A stretch of 64,000 nucleotides of DNA from positions 790-64,789 of the forward strand of contig JAGXHE010000088.1 in NCBI GenBank assembly GCA_024636445.1. Reading direction: 5' to 3'. The notes under the pieces were generated by a model that had not been told where the DNA came from, made no database searches, and was given only the letters and a program-made list of their open reading frames with translations. Positions 41,935 through 52,190 of this stretch are shown piece by piece. Positions within the stretch are counted from its first letter, which is position 1. Each line of letters starts with the position of its first letter. The position numbers and the translations under genes were made by a program. Source of the DNA: Sulfitobacter sp. (lineage in GTDB: Bacteria > Pseudomonadota > Alphaproteobacteria > Rhodobacterales > Rhodobacteraceae).

Positions 41935-42870
41935 ATGACCGCTCCCGACCACGTATCGACCCATGACGCCGCCGCAGATGATCGCAACGACCACATCAAG
42001 ATCTACGTCGACGGCGATATCGTGCACCGCGACGACGCCAAGGTGTCGGTCTATGACAGCGGGTTCATGCTGGGTGACGGCATCTGGGAAGGCTTGCGGC
42101 TCTATGACGGCGTGCTCAGCTTTCTGGATGCGCATCTGGACCGGCTGTACGAGGCGGCGCTGTATCTGGATCTGGATATCGGCATGGACCGAGACCAGCT
42201 GACGGCGGCGATCCATGATACCTTGCGGGCCAACGACATGCACACCGACGTGCACCTGCGGGTGATGGTGACACGCGGGCGCAAGCGCAAGCCGTTCCAG
42301 CATCCGCACCTGAGCATGTGGGGCAGCACCATCGTGATCATCGCCGAACATTCCAAGCCCGACGAGACGATGGTGCAGCGCGGCATCCGGCTGCACACGG
42401 TGCCGCATCATCGCGGGTTGCCGCTGACGCAGGATTCCAAGCTGAACTCGCATTCCAAGCTGAACTGTATCATCGCGCTGAACCACGCGATCCGGGCAGG
42501 TGCCGACGAGGCGCTGATGCTGGACCCGTTCGGCTTTGTGAACACCACCAACGCCTGCAACTTTTTCATCGTGCGCAAGGGGGCGGTTTGGACCTCGACG
42601 GGGGATTATTGCATGAACGGGATCACGCGGCAGAAGGTCATCGATGTATGCCGCGAGAATGCGATCCCGGTCTTTGAGCGGAACTTTTCGCTGGTGGACA
42701 CCTATGGCGCGGACGAGGCCTTTCTGACGGGCACCTTCGGCGCGCAGACGCCGGTGTTCGAGATCGACGGGCGGGTGATCGGCGGTGGCAAGGCGGGGCC
42801 GGTGTTTCACCGTATACGCGCGCTCTACAAGGATCTGATCGCCGAGCAGGTGACATTGGCGCAAGGATGA
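41935..42870 (+). CDS. Aminotransferase class IV (branched-chain / D-amino-acid aminotransferase family)
   Basis: ATG 41935 has AAAGGA 10 nt upstream. VSVYDSGFMLGDGIWEG and the NSHSKLN.I region are typical of fold-type IV PLP enzymes. Confidence 0.85.
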   Translation: MTAPDHVSTHDAAADDRNDHIKIYVDGDIVHRDDAKVSVYDSGFMLGDGIWEGLRLYDGVLSFLDAHLDRLYEAALYLDLDIGMDRDQLTAAIHDTLRANDMHTDVHLRVMVTRGRKRKPFQHPHLSMWGSTIVIIAEHSKPDETMVQRGIRLHTVPHHRGLPLTQDSKLNSHSKLNCIIALNHAIRAGADEALMLDPFGFVNTTNACNFFIVRKGAVWTSTGDYCMNGITRQKVIDVCRENAIPVFERNFSLVDTYGADEAFLTGTFGAQTPVFEIDGRVIGGGKAGPVFHRIRALYKDLIAEQVTLAQG

Positions 42871-42876
42871 TGCGCG

Positions 42877-43047
42877 CTAAGGGCCGTCTGGGCCATCGGG
42901 GTGATTGTCGTCATCGTCCAGCAATATGCGTGCCGATGTGCCTGCATCATCGTCATATTGCCCATTGCGCACGGTCCAAAGCGCCGCGCACAGTCCGATG
43001 CCGCCCAGAATGATCGAGACAGGGATCAAGACCAGAAGTATGTTCAT
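42877..43047 (-). CDS. ccoS: cbb3 oxidase maturation protein CcoS/FixS (56 aa, below ORF-track cutoff)
   Basis: Hand translation gives MNILLVLIPVSIILGGIGLCAALWTVRNGQYDDDAGTSARILLDDDDNHPDGPDGP. Its ATG overlaps the ccoI stop (ATGA). The single TM plus G(Q)YDD motif is typical of CcoS. Confidence 0.8.
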   Translation of the reverse strand: MNILLVLIPVSIILGGIGLCAALWTVRNGQYDDDAGTSARILLDDDDNHPDGPDGP

Positions 43048-45200
43048 TTAACCCTCCGTATGCGCATCGCGTTGGCCAGAACCGTCAGTGACGAGACCGA
43101 CATGGCGATGGCCGCCAGCAGTGGTGTCGCCATCCCGGCAAGGGCTACTGGCACAGCGATCAGGTTGTAAAGTGCCGCGATGGCGAAGTTCTGCTTTGAC
43201 AGGCGGGTGGCGGCACGGGCGACCGACATCAGCAGCGGCAGTTCGGCCAGACTGTCGTTCAGGATCACGATATCGGCGGCATTGCGCGCCGCATCCAGCG
43301 CCGACGAAGGTGCGACCGACGCATGGGCCGCAGCCAGTGCCGCCGCATCGTTCAACCCGTCGCCGACCATGAGGACACGGTGACCTTCCCTTGCAAGCGT
43401 CTGAAGCTGAACGTGTTTCTCGGTGGCACTGATACCGGCCTGCCGGTCCTCGATGCCCAGAGCATTGGCCAGCGGGGTTACGGCAGACAAACGGTCACCG
43501 CTGATGATGGCCGGACGCAGGCCTTGGGCGCGCAATCCGTCGATAGCGGTCTGCGCACCGGCGCGCACCGTTTCGGTCAGGGGCAGGGCGATGGCAGGGG
43601 CGCAGCCGATGCGCAGACCGGGGCCATCGAAATCCGCCCCCAGCCAAGTGCCGCTGCCCAGTTGCACCAGCCCTTCTGTGCTCAGGCCCTCGACGCCGCG
43701 CCCGGCGACTTCGACGACGCCACTCAGCACAGCGGGCTCGTCGCCCGCGGGCAGGGCCGCCAATACCGCACGCGACACCGGATGGGTGGAGCTTTGGGCC
43801 AATGCGCGGGCCACGGCCTGCTGGCGGGTGTTCAGCACGTCGGTGACGGCCTTGGACGCAGGGATTGTCAGGGTGCCTGTCTTGTCGAACATAACCGTAT
43901 CGGTTTCGGCCAGCCGTTCCAGTGCGGTGCCGGATTTGACCAAAAACCCCTTGCTATAGAGCCGCGCGATGGCAGCAGTCGAGACCGCGGGCACAGCCAG
44001 ACCCAGCGCGCAGGGGCAGGTGATGATCAGCACGGCCACGGCCACGTTCAGCGCCTGCCGGATATCGCCGCCGATGACCGCCCAGCCGATGAACGCGACA
44101 AACGCCAGAAGATGCACGGCAGGCGCATAGATCGCCGCCGCACGGTCAGCAAGCGCGGTATAGCTGTTGCGGCTGTTCTCGGCGATCTCGACCATCGCCG
44201 CGACGCGGCGCAGGGTGGTGTCGGCACCCACGGCGGTTGCCTGCACCTTGAACGGTGCGCCCAGGTTGATCTCGCCTGCCTGCACCTCGGCGCCCATCAG
44301 GCTGCGCACGGCATCGCTCTCTCCGGTCAGAAAGGCGCGGTCGGTGCTGGCCTCGAGGCTGAGCAGCGTGCCGTCTACGGGGACGCGCACACCTGTGGGG
44401 ATCAGGATGGCGTCGCCTACGTTCAGTTCACTGACCGCGACGGTCTGGGCATTTCCTTGGGTCAGTCTCAGGGCGCTGTGCACTTCGAGGGCTGCCAGAT
44501 CACGTGCGGCAGAGTGCGCGGCACGGCGGCTGCGGTGGTCGAGATAGCGCCCGACCAGCAGGAAAAACGTCAGCGACAGCGCCGCGTCGAAATAGGCGTG
44601 GCGGCCGTGGTTCAGCACCTCGTAGAGCGACATGCCTGCCGCCAGCAGGATCGCCAGAGAAATCGGCACGTCCATGTTCAGACGGCGCACCCGCAGCGCG
44701 CTCCAGGCGCTGGCAAAGAACGGCTGGCCGCAAAACAGCACCGCAGGCAGTGAGATTGCGGCCGAAATCATGTGAAAGAGCTCGCGGGTGGCGTCGGCAG
44801 CCCCCGACCAGATCGCCACGGAGAACAGCATCACGTTCATCATCGCGAAACCGGACACCGCCAGCTTGACCAGCAGACGCTGGCCTTCGGGGTCCGTGCC
44901 GGTGTCCAGAACGCTGCGGTCCAGAGGATGCGCCTCGTAGCCTGCGTCGCGCAGGCGGGTGACCAGTGCGGCATCCGTCAGGGTTTCGGTCTGCACGCTG
45001 ACCCGTTTGAGCGACAGGTTCACCCGCGCCGCCGTCACCCCCGGCAGGGTGCGCAGGCTGCGCTCGACGGCAGCGATGCAGCCGGCACAGTGGATCGTGG
45101 GCAGCGACAGGATGATATCGGGCGTCTCGAGGCGTGGTGACGCGATCCGTTCGGCCATCGGCGCAGCCGCACAGGCGGGGCAAGCCGACAGGGTCGTCAT
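43044..45200 (-). CDS. ccoI: Copper-translocating P1B-type ATPase CcoI/FixI
   Basis: 718 aa with an N-terminal metal-binding CAGC, a TM CPC motif (ITCPCALG), DKTGTLT and GDGLNDA. Confidence 0.93.
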   Translation of the reverse strand: MTTLSACPACAAAPMAERIASPRLETPDIILSLPTIHCAGCIAAVERSLRTLPGVTAARVNLSLKRVSVQTETLTDAALVTRLRDAGYEAHPLDRSVLDTGTDPEGQRLLVKLAVSGFAMMNVMLFSVAIWSGAADATRELFHMISAAISLPAVLFCGQPFFASAWSALRVRRLNMDVPISLAILLAAGMSLYEVLNHGRHAYFDAALSLTFFLLVGRYLDHRSRRAAHSAARDLAALEVHSALRLTQGNAQTVAVSELNVGDAILIPTGVRVPVDGTLLSLEASTDRAFLTGESDAVRSLMGAEVQAGEINLGAPFKVQATAVGADTTLRRVAAMVEIAENSRNSYTALADRAAAIYAPAVHLLAFVAFIGWAVIGGDIRQALNVAVAVLIITCPCALGLAVPAVSTAAIARLYSKGFLVKSGTALERLAETDTVMFDKTGTLTIPASKAVTDVLNTRQQAVARALAQSSTHPVSRAVLAALPAGDEPAVLSGVVEVAGRGVEGLSTEGLVQLGSGTWLGADFDGPGLRIGCAPAIALPLTETVRAGAQTAIDGLRAQGLRPAIISGDRLSAVTPLANALGIEDRQAGISATEKHVQLQTLAREGHRVLMVGDGLNDAAALAAAHASVAPSSALDAARNAADIVILNDSLAELPLLMSVARAATRLSKQNFAIAALYNLIAVPVALAGMATPLLAAIAMSVSSLTVLANAMRIRRVK

Positions 45201-45652
45201 GATGCCACGTGTGCGACGATCACGCGCTGTTGGAACAGGGTTCCACCCGGCGCGCGCAGTTTCAGGCGCAGGTTCCAGTTGCCCGGACCCGCAGTCACCG
45301 GGGCGACATAGGCGGTGCCGTCAAAGACAAAGACCGGCGTCTGGTCGGCGGCGACACTGGTGGCGCGCCCAAAGGTGGCCTCTTCGATGATCGGCGCGAT
45401 CGCCTCGCCCGATTGATGGATGAACAGGCGCAGGGTGTCGTGCGTCACTTCGGCGCTGACGTTCCAGCCCAGCAGTTCCTGTGCCGCGCGGTCCACGTCA
45501 AAGCTTTGCGAGGCGACATAGGAATTGCGCACTTCGAGCCCCGGAAAGGTCGCGACCGCCTTGTAGGCCAGCGTCAGGTTCACCGCGATGATGATGCCGA
45601 ACGCTCCGGCAAATCCCGAGAATACGTGCCAGCCCTTGAGTTCGCGTATCAT
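45197..45652 (-). CDS. ccoH: FixH/CcoH cbb3 assembly protein
   Basis: Trimmed to MIRELKGWHVFSGFAGAFGIIIAVN (one TM). ATGA overlaps are present at both ends. Confidence 0.85.
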   Translation of the reverse strand: MIRELKGWHVFSGFAGAFGIIIAVNLTLAYKAVATFPGLEVRNSYVASQSFDVDRAAQELLGWNVSAEVTHDTLRLFIHQSGEAIAPIIEEATFGRATSVAADQTPVFVFDGTAYVAPVTAGPGNWNLRLKLRAPGGTLFQQRVIVAHVAS

Positions 45653-47202
45653 TGTGCGTCCCTTCCGTTGAATGTTGTGGCCTTCGAGGCGCGCACTTGC
45701 GCCGAGAGATCCTCGACCCACAGCCGCAGGTCGGTGGTGTCGCCGGTGGCCGCCGTATCACCGGCACGCGCGGTCACGTAGACCCGTTGCAAAACCGTGG
45801 TGTCGGCAGGCACGGTGACGTTCAGCGTGTCCTGGCCTTCGAGACTGATGCGCAGGATCTCTTCGCTGCTGAGGTTCATCTGAAAGACCTTGTCATCGCC
45901 GGATTTGTTGCGCAGGCGCACGTCGTAGATATTGCGCACATCGCCATCGGAGAGCACCACAAAGGTCGGATTGCGCACCGGGCTGACGGTCAGCTCGATC
46001 TCCGAGCGGATGAACAGCGCGTAGAGCAAGCCAACGCCCACCAGCAGCCACATCGCGGTGTACAGAATGGTGCGCGGGCGCATCACATGCCGCCACAGCG
46101 GTTTTGGCGCGGCACCGGAGCGTTCATCAGCTTCGTCGGACAGCGCCAGATAGTCGATCAGCCCGCGCGGCTTGCCGATCCGGGCCATGACGTCATCGCA
46201 GGCGTCGATGCACAGCGCGCAGGTGATGCACTCCATCTGCTGACCGTTGCGGATGTCGATACCCATCGGGCAGACGTTGACGCAGGCCATGCAGTCGATG
46301 CAGTCGCCTTTTTCGTCGCTGGTCGCCAGATCGAGCGGCGGGGCGGGCGGTGTTTTCTGACCGGGATAGGGCGTGCCAGGATAAAAGGCAGCACCGGCGC
46401 CTGCGGCCTGTGCCTCGATTGCGGCCCGTTCCGCTTCGGCGGCTTTGCGGTTCTTGACGTTGCCTTTGCCGCGCGGCTCTCCGCGCCAGTCGCGGTAGGC
46501 GACGGTGATGGTGTCGGGGTCCATCATCGCGGCCTGAATACGCGGCCACGGACACATGTAAATGCAGACCTGTTCGCGCAGGAAGCCGCCAAAGATGAAG
46601 GTCGTCGCGGTCAGGATGGCGATGGTGATATAGGCTGCGGGGTTCGCATCAAGGGTGAACAGATCGCGCAACAGCGTGGGCGCATCGGTGAAATAGAACA
46701 CCCAGGCGCCGCCGGTGGCCACTGCGATCAGCAGCCAGACGATCCATTTGGTCACCCGCAGCCGCCACTTGTGCAGGCTCCAGTTGGCCTTGTGCAGACG
46801 CAGGCGCGCGTTGCGGTCGCCTTCGATCCAGCGTTCGACCAGCAAGAATAGATCGGTCCAGACGGTCTGCGGGCAGGTATAGCCGCACCAGACTCGGCCC
46901 AGCGCCGAGGTGAACAGGAACAATCCCAGCCCCGCCATGATCAGCAATCCGGCCACGAAGTAAAATTCGTGCGGCCAGATCTCGATCCACAGGAAGTAAA
47001 AGCGCCGGTTGGCCAGATCGATCAGCACTGCCTGATCGGGCAGGCTGGCACCACGATCCCAGCGCAGCCAGGGCGTGAGATAGTAGATGCCAAGGGTTAC
47101 GGCCATGATCCACCATTTGAAACGGCGGAAGAAACCATTCACGCGACGCGGAAAAATCGGCGTGCGTGCGGCATAGAGGGGTTGGTCTGGTTGGGATGTC
47201 AT
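45649..47202 (-). CDS. ccoG: CcoG/FixG 4Fe-4S ferredoxin-type cbb3 assembly protein
   Basis: Five TM helices plus CIDCMACVNVCP and CITCALCIDAC clusters. The start is taken at Met8 (AGGA upstream). Confidence 0.93.
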   Translation of the reverse strand: MTSQPDQPLYAARTPIFPRRVNGFFRRFKWWIMAVTLGIYYLTPWLRWDRGASLPDQAVLIDLANRRFYFLWIEIWPHEFYFVAGLLIMAGLGLFLFTSALGRVWCGYTCPQTVWTDLFLLVERWIEGDRNARLRLHKANWSLHKWRLRVTKWIVWLLIAVATGGAWVFYFTDAPTLLRDLFTLDANPAAYITIAILTATTFIFGGFLREQVCIYMCPWPRIQAAMMDPDTITVAYRDWRGEPRGKGNVKNRKAAEAERAAIEAQAAGAGAAFYPGTPYPGQKTPPAPPLDLATSDEKGDCIDCMACVNVCPMGIDIRNGQQMECITCALCIDACDDVMARIGKPRGLIDYLALSDEADERSGAAPKPLWRHVMRPRTILYTAMWLLVGVGLLYALFIRSEIELTVSPVRNPTFVVLSDGDVRNIYDVRLRNKSGDDKVFQMNLSSEEILRISLEGQDTLNVTVPADTTVLQRVYVTARAGDTAATGDTTDLRLWVEDLSAQVRASKATTFNGRDAQ

Positions 47203-47255
47203 ATCACCTGATCCTGTTCGCATGACCTGTCTAGGGCAGGTCGGGCCCGATATCC

Positions 47256-47269
47256 TTGATCTGCATCAA
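47256..47269. promoter_or_regulatory. FNR/FixK box upstream of ccoG
   Basis: TTGATCTGCATCAA is a perfect match to TTGAT-N4-ATCAA. It is centred ~60 nt upstream of the ccoG ATG. Confidence 0.7.
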
Positions 47270-47347
47270 GAACATCTCCGAAGCGACGCAATGTGCGAAC
47301 AGGGCCGCTTCGGAGTGGACTGCCCCGAAAGGCAGTCTTTTTCCGCC

Positions 47348-48211
47348 TTATTCGCCTCCTCCAAGGCTATGAACATAGGCGGAAACGGCGCGGATGTCGG
47401 CCTCTTTCAGGCGCGGACCCCAGGGGGGCATCACGCCAAAGCGGGAAAACTCGACAGTATACCGCAGCGTCTCGCGGTCGCCGCCATAAAGCCAGATGGC
47501 GTCGGCCAGGTTGGGGGCACCCATCGTGCGGTCGCCCAAGGCTGCTTCGCCGTGGCAGACAGAGCAGTTGTCGGCGAAAACCACTGCACCCGCTTCGGCG
47601 AGGGCCGCATCGAACTCAGGGTTTGACAGCGACACCACATGCTCGACCACAGCGTCGATTTCCGCAGGTTCCAGAATGTCGCCAAAGGCGGGCATCGCGG
47701 AATAGAGCGCATCGGCGTCGATGGTGTTGCGGATGCCGTGGCGCACGGTGTACATGATCTGGGCGATATCGCCGCCCCACAGCCAGTCGTCGTCCAGCAG
47801 GTTGGGATAGCCCTTGGCACCGGCGGCACCCGATCCGTGGCACTGCGAACAGTTCGAGCGGAACACAGCGCCACCGCGCGCGATGGCATAGCGGTTCAGG
47901 TCCGGGTCCTGGGGAAGGGTGGGCATGTCAGCGGAGACGAGCTGCGCCACCAGTGCGGCGTTGCTGCCCTCGTGGGCGGCGATCTCGGCGGCGACATTGG
48001 CGCGCGTCGACCAGCCCAGCACGCCTTTTGTGGCCCCGGAAATCATCGGCCACGCCGGATAGGCGATGGTATAGCCGATGGCCCAGATGATTGTCAGATA
48101 CAGTGTCCACAGCCACCAGCGTGGCAGCGGGTTGTTCAACTCTTCGATGCCGTCCCAATTGTGGCCGGTGGTTTCGACGCCGGTGACCTCGTCGGTCTTG
48201 CGCTTAGTCAT
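47348..48211 (-). CDS. ccoP: cbb3-type cytochrome c oxidase subunit III (dihaem c)
   Basis: Trimmed to MTKRKTDEVTGVETTGHNWDGIEE. It has two CxxCH sites (CSQCH, CSVCH). Confidence 0.95.
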   Translation of the reverse strand: MTKRKTDEVTGVETTGHNWDGIEELNNPLPRWWLWTLYLTIIWAIGYTIAYPAWPMISGATKGVLGWSTRANVAAEIAAHEGSNAALVAQLVSADMPTLPQDPDLNRYAIARGGAVFRSNCSQCHGSGAAGAKGYPNLLDDDWLWGGDIAQIMYTVRHGIRNTIDADALYSAMPAFGDILEPAEIDAVVEHVVSLSNPEFDAALAEAGAVVFADNCSVCHGEAALGDRTMGAPNLADAIWLYGGDRETLRYTVEFSRFGVMPPWGPRLKEADIRAVSAYVHSLGGGE

Positions 48212-48410
48212 CGGTCGCTCCTTTCTCGGTGGTGCTGCGGGTGTCACCCAGAGGCTTGTCGTCGCGCAGCGGTATGTTTGCGATGGAATCGTAGGTCGCG
48301 CTGCCGCCGGGCCGGAAGGCCCAGAGGATCACCGCCACGAAGAAGACGAACATCGCCAAAAGCACCCAGCTGTCGGCAAGTTGACGCAGGAAGGAATAGG
48401 TATCCATCAA
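48204..48410 (-). CDS. ccoQ: cbb3-type cytochrome c oxidase subunit CcoQ
   Basis: 68 aa with a single TM, located between ccoO and ccoP. It overlaps the ccoP start by 8 nt. Confidence 0.85.
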   Translation of the reverse strand: MMDTYSFLRQLADSWVLLAMFVFFVAVILWAFRPGGSATYDSIANIPLRDDKPLGDTRSTTEKGATDD

Positions 48411-48416
48411 AGCCTC

Positions 48417-49238
48417 CTATCGGCTGGCAGCCGGGGTGAAGGTCGAAAAGTCGACCATTGTGCCGAGCACCTGCAAGTATGCGATCAGCGCGTCCATTTC
48501 GGTCAGCTGAGGCTGTCCGTCGAAGTTGGAGATCGCAGCACCGGGATAGCGCGCCAGCATGTCGTCATAATCGGCGTCGGGATCGGCCTGCACCCGGAAG
48601 TCCGAGGCTGCATTGGCGATCATTTCGTCGTCATAGGGCACGCCGACGAAACGGTGCGTTTTTAGCAGCGCCTCGATGTGGGTCGGCGCGATGTTGGTGT
48701 CGGACAGGAACGCGTATTTGGGCATGATCGATTCCGGCACGACCGATTGCGGATCGCTCAGGTGATCGACGTGCCACGTGTCGGAGTAGCGACCACCCAC
48801 ACGCGCGAGGTCGGGACCGGTGCGTTTGGACCCCCATTGGAACGGGTGGTCGTACATCGATTCCGCCGCAAGTGAATAGTGGCCATAGCGCTCGACCTCG
48901 TCGCGCATCGGGCGGATCATCTGGCTGTGGCAGACATAGCAGCCTTCGCGCACGTAGATGTCACGCCCCGTCAGTTCCAGCGGCGAATAGGGGCGCACAC
49001 CTTCGACCTCTTCGATGGTGTTTTCGAGCCAGAACAGCGGTGCGATCTCGACGATGCCGCCCACGGTCACCACCAGCAGGGAAAAGACCAACAACAGCGT
49101 CGGGCTTTTCTCGAGGATTGCGTGGCGGTTGATCAGCGCAGTCTGGTGCGGAAGCTCGTTGGGAATCTCCGGCAGATCGGACAGCGTAGACACGTTAGGG
49201 TCTTTTTCGCTGCCCATTACTTTTTCATTATCAGCCAT
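48417..49238 (-). CDS. ccoO: cbb3-type cytochrome c oxidase subunit II (monohaem c)
   Basis: 273 aa with a CYVCHSQ haem site and the FixO pattern. Confidence 0.97.
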   Translation of the reverse strand: MADNEKVMGSEKDPNVSTLSDLPEIPNELPHQTALINRHAILEKSPTLLLVFSLLVVTVGGIVEIAPLFWLENTIEEVEGVRPYSPLELTGRDIYVREGCYVCHSQMIRPMRDEVERYGHYSLAAESMYDHPFQWGSKRTGPDLARVGGRYSDTWHVDHLSDPQSVVPESIMPKYAFLSDTNIAPTHIEALLKTHRFVGVPYDDEMIANAASDFRVQADPDADYDDMLARYPGAAISNFDGQPQLTEMDALIAYLQVLGTMVDFSTFTPAASR

Positions 49239-49251
49239 TTGCCTGTCTCTC

Positions 49252-50847
49252 TTATTCTGCCGGGACGCCGACCGGGGCGCTGCGCTTGGCGCCGCCTCGG
49301 ATGGTCATCCACATATTCCAGCACATGATGATCCCACCGGCGAGGTACAGAACCCCACCCAGTCCGCGCACCACATACATCGGGAATTTCGCAGCCACGG
49401 TGTCGGCGAAGGTGTTGACGAGGAAACCCTGGTCATCGACTTCACGCCACATCAGGCCTTCCATGATGCCGGTCACCCACATCGACGATGCGTACAGAAC
49501 GATGCCGATGGTCGCCAACCAGAAGTGCCAGTTGATCGCCGACATCGAGTGCATCTGCGCGCGGCCCCACAGACGCGGTGTCAGGAAGTAGAGCGCGCCA
49601 AAGGTGATCATGCCGTTCCAGCCAAGTGCGCCGGAGTGGACGTGACCGATGGTCCAGTCGGTGTAATGCGACAGCGAGTTCACCGCGCGGATCGACATCA
49701 TCGGACCCTCGAAGGTGGACATGCCGTAAAAGCCGAGCGAGATCACGAACATCCGCATGATGGGATCAGTTCGCAGCTTGTCCCAAGCCCCTTGCAGCGT
49801 CATCAGACCGTTGATCATGCCGCCCCAGCTGGGCATCCACAAAACAATCGAGAACACCATCCCAAGGGTCGCAGCCCAGTCGGGCAGGGCGGTGTAGTGC
49901 AGGTGGTGCGGACCGGCCCAGATATACAGAAAGATCAGCGCCCAGAAGTGGATGATCGACAGCTTGTAGCTGTAGATCGGACGTTCGGCCTGTTTCGGCA
50001 CGAAATAGTACATCATGCCCAGAAAGCCTGCGGTCAGGAAGAAGCCTACGGCGTTGTGGCCGTACCACCACTGGGTCATCGCATCCTGCACGCCCGAGAA
50101 AACCTGCACCGACTTGCTGCCCCAGAAGCTGACGGGGATCGACAGGTTGTTGACGATGTGCAGCATCGCCACGGTGATGATGAAGCTCAGGTAGAACCAG
50201 TTGGCCACGTAGATGTGTTTTTCGCGGCGTCTGAAAATGGTGCCCAGAAAGACCACCAGATAGCTGACCCAGACGATGGTCAGCCAGATATCGACGTACC
50301 ATTCGGGTTCGGCGTATTCCTTGGACTGTGTCGCGCCCAGCAGATAGCCGGTGGCGGCCAGTACGATGAACAGCTGATAGCCCCAGAACACGAACCACGC
50401 CAGATTGCCGCCAAACAGACGGGCAGCGCTGGTGCGTTGGACCACATAGAACGATGTGCAGATCAGGGCGTTGCCCCCAAACGCAAAAATCACCGCCGAG
50501 GTGTGCAGCGGCCGCAGCCGTCCGAAGTTCGTGTAAGGTTGCCCCCAATCAAAGTTCAGCTCTGGAAAGGCCAGTTGAAAGGCGATGAAGGTGCCCACCA
50601 GAAACCCTGCAAGGCCCCAGAACGCGGTGGCGATCACGCCTGCGCGGATCACCCCGTCCGAATAGCCCGAGACATCCTGCACCTCGCGCGGCTCGTCGAT
50701 GCCACGCAGCACCCAGACAAACATGCCGGCTGCGACGACAAAGATCAGGGCTGCGTGCACCTGATATGCGATGTCATGGGCGAAATTCGTACCCATCGCA
50801 GCGACAAGGGCCACCAGCCCCAGCACGATCAACTTAGTATATTCCAT
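49252..50847 (-). CDS. ccoN: cbb3-type cytochrome c oxidase subunit I
   Basis: Trimmed to MEYTKLIV. It has 12+ TM helices and conserved His ligands ([19 protein letters not shown]). Confidence 0.97.
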   Translation of the reverse strand: MEYTKLIVLGLVALVAAMGTNFAHDIAYQVHAALIFVVAAGMFVWVLRGIDEPREVQDVSGYSDGVIRAGVIATAFWGLAGFLVGTFIAFQLAFPELNFDWGQPYTNFGRLRPLHTSAVIFAFGGNALICTSFYVVQRTSAARLFGGNLAWFVFWGYQLFIVLAATGYLLGATQSKEYAEPEWYVDIWLTIVWVSYLVVFLGTIFRRREKHIYVANWFYLSFIITVAMLHIVNNLSIPVSFWGSKSVQVFSGVQDAMTQWWYGHNAVGFFLTAGFLGMMYYFVPKQAERPIYSYKLSIIHFWALIFLYIWAGPHHLHYTALPDWAATLGMVFSIVLWMPSWGGMINGLMTLQGAWDKLRTDPIMRMFVISLGFYGMSTFEGPMMSIRAVNSLSHYTDWTIGHVHSGALGWNGMITFGALYFLTPRLWGRAQMHSMSAINWHFWLATIGIVLYASSMWVTGIMEGLMWREVDDQGFLVNTFADTVAAKFPMYVVRGLGGVLYLAGGIIMCWNMWMTIRGGAKRSAPVGVPAE

Positions 50848-50934
50848 ATGGCACCTTATTCTTCGCAAGCACCTGTTTGCGGGCTTGCGGTTCTGTTCGC
50901 AGTGTCTGGATAGCCTTGGCCGGGCGCACTTACT

Positions 50935-50948
50935 TTGATCTAAGTCAA
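50935..50948. promoter_or_regulatory. FNR/FixK box upstream of ccoN
   Basis: TTGATCTAAGTCAA matches 9 of 10 consensus positions. It is centred ~94 nt upstream of the ccoN ATG. Confidence 0.7.
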
Positions 50949-50970
50949 CTTTGCGTGACCTATTCCGGAA

Positions 50971-51378
50971 TTATCGCACCACATGCACCGCGCAGGCGGC
51001 GTGTCCGACCACGTGGTGTGCGACCGATCCAAGGAAGAAATCCGACAGCGCAGGCCGGTGCGAGGCCACGACGATGCAATCGCAACCATTTTCCTCGGCC
51101 CAGCGGCAGATGCGGTTTCCGGCCTTGCCTTCGGCGATTGCTGCACGCGAACCGGGCAGGGTGGCCACCATGTCGTCCAGCGCGGTCTGCACGGTGTCGC
51201 GGGCGGTGGTGATGAAATCGGGCGGGAAATATTCCGACACGTAGACCGGAACAGTTTCGATCACGTGCAGCAGGGTGATCTGTGCACCCTCGCTGGCCAG
51301 CGCCTTGGCGGCCTTGAATGCGGTCTGGTTGTCACGGCTTTCGCCAAGCAGGACGGGGATCAGAATGTTGGTGTACAT
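50971..51378 (-). CDS. Universal stress protein (UspA family)
   Basis: 135 aa with the Usp fold pattern, including a C-terminal G..S.......GSVA...V motif. Confidence 0.9.
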   Translation of the reverse strand: MYTNILIPVLLGESRDNQTAFKAAKALASEGAQITLLHVIETVPVYVSEYFPPDFITTARDTVQTALDDMVATLPGSRAAIAEGKAGNRICRWAEENGCDCIVVASHRPALSDFFLGSVAHHVVGHAACAVHVVR

Positions 51379-51387
51379 CGCTCAAAG

Positions 51388-51409
51388 CTCCTTGTGAGGT
51401 CACAAGGAG
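51388..51409. promoter_or_regulatory. Perfect 10+10 palindrome overlapping the usp ribosome-binding site
   Basis: CTCCTTGTGA-GG-TCACAAGGAG. The proximal arm contains the AAGGAG located 9 nt before the usp ATG. Confidence 0.5.
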
Positions 51410-51435
51410 TTAACAGCACCCCGGCGCTTCGTACT

Positions 51436-51449
51436 TTGATCCAGATCAG
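51436..51449. promoter_or_regulatory. FNR/FixK-like box upstream of usp
   Basis: TTGATCCAGATCAG matches 9 of 10 consensus positions. It is centred ~64 nt upstream of the usp ATG and lies 4 nt from the fnrL stop. Confidence 0.5.
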
Positions 51450-51452
51450 ATG

Positions 51453-52187
51453 TCAGGAAAGAACGCCGCCATCGGCGTCGTCGCCCGATGCGGCATGAAG
51501 GGCATGCATATCAATCACTTCGAACCTGCGCCTGTCGTTGAAACGCAGCACGCCTTCTTTTTTCAGCGCGTTCAGCTGGCGGCTGACGGTCTCCAGTGTC
51601 AGACCCAGATAATTGGAAATCTCATCGCGCGTCAGCGGCAACACCAGGGGCTGCTTGTCCAGCCCCAGCCCCGCCACATGCTGACGGCGCACCATCATTT
51701 CGACGAAAGTGGCGATCTTTTCGCGCGCGGTCTTGCGCCCCAGCAGGACCATCCAGTCGCGTGCCGCGTCCAGCTCGTCCAATGCGATCTCCATCAGCCG
51801 CTGCGACACATGCGGGACGGTGTCGAGCAATCTGTCGAACGGTTTGCGCGCAAAGCAGCACAGGGTGATATCGGTGGCCGCAACCACGTCAAAGTCGATT
51901 GTCTGGCGGTCGGGGCGGCCAATGAAATCGGATGGCATCAACAGGCCGACCATCTGGATGCGCCCGTCTTCCATCGTCTTGCTCAGCGTCGCCACACCCT
52001 GGACCACCGAGGCCACATAGATCAGCGCGTCGCCGCGCCACATGATCTGGTCGCCGGCGGCAAAGGTTTTATACGATTTGATCGCTTCGAGCTGCTGCAT
52101 TTCCTTCTCGTCACAGCGCGAGCAGACAGCGCGATGCCGGATCGGGCATTCGCTGCATTTCGCGCGCGTAAGAAGGTCGATGCTCAT
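51453..52187 (-). CDS. fnrL: Crp/Fnr family oxygen-sensing transcriptional regulator FnrL
   Basis: 244 aa with the N-terminal Cys cluster CSECPIRHRAVCSRC, a cNMP-like barrel and a C-terminal HTH (E..R type, ISNYLGLTLETVSRQL). Confidence 0.93.
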   Translation of the reverse strand: MSIDLLTRAKCSECPIRHRAVCSRCDEKEMQQLEAIKSYKTFAAGDQIMWRGDALIYVASVVQGVATLSKTMEDGRIQMVGLLMPSDFIGRPDRQTIDFDVVAATDITLCCFARKPFDRLLDTVPHVSQRLMEIALDELDAARDWMVLLGRKTAREKIATFVEMMVRRQHVAGLGLDKQPLVLPLTRDEISNYLGLTLETVSRQLNALKKEGVLRFNDRRRFEVIDMHALHAASGDDADGGVLS

Positions 52188-52190
52188 AGC

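Noticed and set aside
42901-43170. 89-aa plus-strand ORF
   Set aside because: The opposite strand encodes a textbook CcoS that is translationally coupled to ccoI. The plus-strand ORF has no support.
49015-50913. 632-aa plus-strand ORF
   Set aside because: It is antisense to ccoO and ccoN, whose identities are unambiguous.
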